A stretch of DNA of 56,528 bases, filler included, from Sluysia triapertura (taxonomy: Eukaryota): NCBI GenBank assembly GCA_046118255.1. It is 4 parts of 4 records of this genome, joined end to end, with 100 filler letters (N's around TTAATTAATTAA, not from the genome) between each part and the next. Parts side by side here need not be neighbours in the genome. Positions count along the whole stretch, not along the records: positions 44,362 to 56,528 come from JBJNIA010133067.1; 3 more parts are not named here. One strand, written 5' to 3'. The position numbers were made by a program, and so were the translations under genes. Of this stretch, positions 50,923-56,528 are shown piece after piece (the first letter of the stretch is position 1; each line of letters begins with the position of its first letter). A model generated the notes under the pieces. The model was given only the letters and a program-made list of their open reading frames with translations, was not told where the DNA came from and searched no databases.

Positions 50923-51240
50923 TTAATTTGAAAAAACTTGTCTCTGCTTTCTTTATTCATTGCATCAGTTTTAACTTCTAAATTGGTCACAATTTTATTA
51001 ATAATGTGCAAAAATTCTTGTAATTGATCTGGATGTTTTAATTTAATTTCTTCTTGATTAGGATTAGTTTGATATTTTTTGAATAAATCATGAAAAACTT
51101 TATTTGTTACTTCAATTTTTAATTTTTGTTTCGGAGTACGATTGCCATGTCTTATAATACCGATAACACATCGTAATTCCATAACTCGTCCTATGGTCGT
51201 TGGTGCCAAATTAATAGAATCAGTTGTAGAATCAGTTATT
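50923..51240 (-). CDS. PPIP5K: PPIP5K/VIP1 exon with RHGxRxP phosphatase motif
   Basis: PTTIGRVMELRCVIGIIRHGNRTPKQKLK..IKLKHPDQLQE; TTTCAG acceptor and GTAAAT donor. Confidence 0.95.
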
Positions 51241-51696
51241 CTGAAATCAATTATATAACATTATTAACAATGACTTTCTATTTTACGACAAAATCTTGCA
51301 ATATATTTGAATAAATTATACTGAAGTATTTCATGTGAAGTATTTATCTTTAAATAAATGAAAGATGTGAAAAAATTTGTTATAAAAATAGAACATACAA
51401 TAAATAGAACAAATTTATTAAGTTATTCATCAATTCAGTATTTTTTGTCGTATATTTATCTAATGCTATTTTTATATGAATAATTTTGGATAAATAATAA
51501 AATAATTTTTTACATTTATAATTTAAGAAAAATTTATTGAATTCAATTGTAATATTGATAACGGTATTTAATTTTAACATGACCCATGTTAGTAACTTCA
51601 TTGTATTCGATTTAAAATTCATTAAAATTGTAAGTTTCGTTGAAAATAATAAATTATTTAAAATTTACTTTTATTTTTTATGCATAATTTTTATGC

Positions 51697-51897
51697 CTTG
51701 AAATTATTCCTGATGGTCAGTCTATAAACTCTGACCTGCACTGCAATAATATGAAATGGGTTGTCGCTATTATAAACAATAGGTATTTAGAATTAAACAA
51801 ATAAAATTTTAATGCCGTAGCTCACACGACAAAATCACAAGGACATTATTAAATGATATTGATGGATTTTTGTTAATTCTACATCAAGCATACAGTT
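51697..51897 (+). mobile_element. Mariner (DD34D) transposase fragment
   Basis: LEIIPDGQSINSDLHCNNM..NAVAHT..LHQAYS parallels YELLPPGQTINSDLYCQQL..DNARPHT..HPPYS. Confidence 0.65.
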
Positions 51898-52879
51898 TGT
51901 TACTTGTTTTTTATGTAATGTTGGGGTTTTCAAAATGTAAAGTTTGTGTTTGGATCTTGTGATGCAGTGTAGTCGAAACTGTAAGAGTTTTGTTTAATGT
52001 CGTTTGAAAAGATTTGTTTTACGTTAAACTGTAGTTAAAGATATGACAAATTGCAATTATAAAATGACTTTAAATGGCAACTAAAAGTGACAACAATTAC
52101 ACAGTCAGTTAATCAACATACACATACCTAATTTACATTTCATTGAGTTGACAGCTAAAATTAATGCAAAATCAATTTCGCATTGAATTTTGAATAAAAT
52201 AATTTTTATTACTGCTATGAAATTATTATTCCTATTATAATATTATTCTATTATAATATTATTCTAAACTTGATTTCTTTTATTTTTATTATTATAATGC
52301 TCAATAATAACGTTCGATATTAAAATTTAACTATTGAAATCATAATGTTTTTGTATAGAATAATTATTTTAAATTGAGGTTATATAAAATAAAAATTTAG
52401 TAATAATCATTTTCGATTGAGATTGTATAGAGACAACACGAAATCAAAATTTATAAACTTTAACTTTACTACCATAGCTGATTAAATAAATGAAATCATT
52501 CTAAATTAAGATTAGATAGAAATATGAAATTAAATTTTAAGAGTATAATATTCGATTAAAATCATTTTAAAATGTGATTTAAAATATTCTGTACATAAAT
52601 CAAAATCATATTACATCAAGATTGCATAAAAATAATGAAATTAAAATTTAAAAACATTATGATCGATCAAAATTATTTTAAAATTAGATTTTCTGAATAA
52701 TATGAAAACATTATTATTGAAATAAGGCAAAATTAAAATCATCTTAATTTTCACCGTAATATTCATAAAATAAAATAATATTAAAATAAGAATTAGAAAT
52801 AATAATATTTTGCAATAATAAGCCAAAAACAAAATCATAGTTTGCATATCTTGTTATTACTAGTTTCGTTACTTTGATT

Positions 52880-53282
52880 AATTTTATGATACAATTTTTA
52901 TCTGACTATTAAAACAAACGATTATTATATAATTTTTAATTTAATTTTATGATATACAAACGACTAGCATTATAATTTTTATCACTGACTATTAATACAA
53001 ACGATTATTATTATTATTGATTTATGTCACTTTAAAGTTATGTTATGCAAACGATTATTATTATTAATTGTAACTTATCAGTTTTATAAGCCAAAAAGTA
53101 GATATGAATAGACTATAGAAGAATATAAAAACTCATAAAAACAATATTTTAAACATTGTTGTAAACCTCAACAACCATTGTTCGAGATTAATTGCTGACT
53201 ACATTGTGGTTTTTTATCGAGACTATATGCTGATTACATTGTGGTTACTGATTAAGATTAATTACTGATTATATTGCGGTTA
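52880..53282. repeat. Two degenerate minisatellites
   Basis: CAAACGA(T/C)TA recurs about four times in 52915-53060. CTGA(C/T)TA(C/T)ATTG(T/C)GGTT recurs three times at ~35-bp spacing in 53190-53281. Confidence 0.7.
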
Positions 53283-55279
53283 TTTCTTTTAATAATGTTA
53301 TAAGGTTTATAATTTTTAACTATAAGTAAATATTTTTTGGTTTAATCAGTTAAAGTACAATATTCATTTGTATAAGTTAATCATATTGTTTAAATAAAAT
53401 TAAGTGACTCTTTAATTCATATTAAAATGGATTGAAAAATAGAACTTATAGAATAAAATAAAACCTTTGAGAAGTAATCGAAGTTTCTGCGAAGTGAACA
53501 AAAAGTTATTATGAGATAAACTAAAGTCGTTGTAAGATAAAATAAGGTTGTTAAGATAAAGCAAGGTTGTTACAAAATAAAATAAGGTTTGAAGATAAAC
53601 TAAGGTCTTTGAGAAATTAAGTTCTACAAGAAATAAAATAAAGTGTTTGTGGAGTTTTACGGAACAAGTTATAAAATAAGCCAAAGTTTCATAAAACAAA
53701 ATAAATCTTTACCAAATAAAGAGATAGTCGAAAACAATTCATAAATTAAGATAAATTAAATAAAGTTAAATTGATTCTAGGTAAAAATGGAAAACTTATT
53801 TGTTAAGCACTTCCATCTCGAACAACTGAGACGAATGTAAGATATTAAAGATAAGTATTTAGATTAAGTTAAGCTTTTAAACAAGTTAAATGAATTAATA
53901 GTGGTACATAATTATTGAAACTCGCTATGTAACTAAAAGAACTCAACATAGAGAACAATTTGACTTATTATACGTACATATAAACCGCATACCTAATTTT
54001 GAAATATTAATAAATAAAGCTTTTACTGTTTCTAGAACTTCTGGTAGTTCTTATTCTTTGTTACATTTCTTTATACATCTTTCTTTTATACTTTAAAGTT
54101 TAAACGATTTTAAATGAATCAAAAAAGTTTAAATGTTAAAATAAAATTGAGATCTTTTGTGGTGATCCAACCGATTACAAAATTTTATAGCAAAATTTTA
54201 AAACAAAATTTTATAAAATAAAATGTTCTTCTACAACATAACAAACTAAATCTTAAATTTAAATCGCACAAACATAAGCATTCAACATTTTAAAACACTC
54301 TTATAATTTTAATATAACAATAAATTCGATGACAACAATGATGACAATGAAATTCTCATTTCAATTTGTAATATTTTCTTTCTACTAGAAAACATTATTT
54401 AATTTTTTTTCTTATTCGAATTCTTTGCTGGAACAATTAACAGAAAATGCGACTTAAGTAAGCTTAAGATTTATTAAAATGGAGTTCTGCTTCGAGGTTA
54501 TACTATATGATAAATTTTAAGAGCTTTGATTCATAATCTCTAAATTTTTCAATTATTAAATCTTGATTAAGAAGTAAACGACTCAGTGTCGATATCTGGG
54601 TTTTTGCAATAATGTATTCATTCATTGGGTTTATTTTCTTTTCCTTTTTAGTATTTGATATTTCTACTTCAGAGTACTCATTGAAAATCTAAGTATAAAA
54701 TCTTCTAAAGGCTAATATATTTAACAAATATTAAATCTTTCTCATAATAATTCACAATTTTCACACTTTGGCAGAAAATTGTGAGTTTAAAAATTTTATT
54801 AACATTGTTCTTTATTAATGAATATTTTTCTGATATGATGTCTAGATACCATTTGTCTACTGTATAGTGATATATAACATTTTGAAGTTTGAATAGTGCT
54901 TTGATGTGGGTGTCATGAAGGAAATGAAGTTAAACCAAGTGGATTTTACTAAATTTGAAAGACTCACTTATTTTTCTTAAAAATATCGTAAGACTAATAT
55001 CATTATGAATTATGAAGAAAAATGTAATGTTCTTTATTCTTAGAATATACTCGTGAAAATATTCTTGGTATGAAATAAAATAACATTTTATAGTTTCGTG
55101 ATATAAAATTTTGTTCATACATGAGTGTATATCTATTTTCAGTCATTTCTTTATCAAATGAACTTATAACTTTCATGATTTTTAGTTTTAAACTTAAGGA
55201 GTAAAATTTATTACTTATTAATTTCATTACAATATAAATCAGTTTCAAATTTCGGTTAAGTTTTATTCTGAATCCAAAA

Positions 55280-56380
55280 TCAGAAACTTGACATTAATGG
55301 GATCTTGGTTTATCCTAAATATATCAAAAGAATAATAAATAACTTGATCGATTATAATACATAATTACATTAAACTAAAACGGTAAAAATAAAGCATAAT
55401 ACAAAAATATCGAAATTGTTATAGATTCTTCATAGTACTATGGAAATTTTCAGTATTCTCATTAAATATCTAACTTCATTGTCAAATAAAGACCGACTTG
55501 TAAATTGGTTTTTTTACTATTTACATATCGAGCATAAGAAATTAAATATTGTTTATTATAAATGTTAAATTGTAATGTTTTTTCTTCCCCTTCATTCACT
55601 AAGTAGGCTTTTCTTTTTTATGAGTTTCCGGAGACTAGCGTTGATCTTCTTCATCGTCTAACTCATAATTAAGCATTCTTGCTTGCGTCAGAAAATGTCA
55701 TCTCACCATTAAGTAAATTAATATAAAAGTTCCGCACATATTTTGTGAAGTAAAATTGAATTTATTGTTTAGGGAGATATGAGAATTATCAATTTGATTT
55801 AATATTGTTCATATATTATCAACTGTACTTTAAAATTCGGAAAAGGAATTTTCCTCACCAAATTATTAACTATTAAAAGTATCTGTGTATTTTCAATAGC
55901 TTCCGGTATATGTATGTAGATTCCTCAGCAGACACTCACATTATTCGCGTAAAGTATTCGTTTTATTAAAATTAGTTAAATATAAATCTTTTAATTAATT
56001 TACACTTTCCAAGCACGATTTTGCTTCATGGAGTGTGTTAGTACATACACAGAATTTAGCTTTCATCAGAACAATGACATTATTATTCATAAATTCTTCA
56101 TAAATCATATCAATTTCGTGTTCATCTCGTTCAACCAATTATGCAATGAATTTTACCATTAAACTTCGTTTATTTTCTTAAATTATTAAATTTATTTGAC
56201 TCAAGTGTTCAAAATTTCGAATTAAATTCATAACTACCTTATCATCCAAAACAGTAGGACTCCAGACACCTTCAAAAATGAAACTCTGTCGCAAAATATT
56301 CATAAATGTATTATTAATTTAAATTTTTTGCTCCATTGAAATATGAATTATCAGCTAATGAAGGCAATGCATATTGCATT
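55280..56380 (-). mobile_element. Possible highly decayed hAT transposase
   Basis: Faint colinear motifs MHCLH*L, IYEYFA, TR*(TRW) and IIDQVI in different frames. Confidence 0.25.
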
Positions 56381-56481
56381 GGTTTGACATACATAATTTT
56401 AATTTGATCAATTGATAATGGTGAGGCCTAGATTTATTTATTTATGCTAATTTATTAATATTAATATTAATATTAATATTA

Positions 56482-56482
56482 A

Positions 56483-56528
<46 letters not shown>
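56482..56528. repeat. (ATT)n microsatellite
   Basis: Directly visible at the window end. Confidence 0.95.

Overview
Very AT-rich eukaryotic DNA, most likely from an invertebrate animal. It is four contigs joined by artificial 100-nt linkers (44 N + TTAATTAATTAA + 44 N at 16726-16825, 27771-27870 and 44262-44361), so nothing can be linked across those points. Four spliced host genes are partly recognisable by manual translation: two exons of an RSKR/SGK494-like kinase (+), four internal exons of WDFY3/ALFY (-), the first six exons of a GNPTAB-like Stealth protein (-) and two exons of PPIP5K/VIP1 (-). Several of their introns are only 34-40 nt. The rest is a transposon graveyard: two TIR-bounded IS630-Tc1-mariner elements, mariner/Harbinger/hAT/LINE/Penelope scraps and a 6.2-kb segment bounded by ~210-bp inverted repeats. 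There are also (AAT)n microsatellites, local duplications and many decaying orphan ORFs. The most notable item is a decayed ~2.2-kb reading frame just downstream of a PPIP5K exon (44485-46654, -). It reads as ubiquitin-like domain, acidic/AT-hook region, internal signal peptide, then a chuvirus-type glycoprotein. All homology calls come from motif recognition by eye; no database searches were run.
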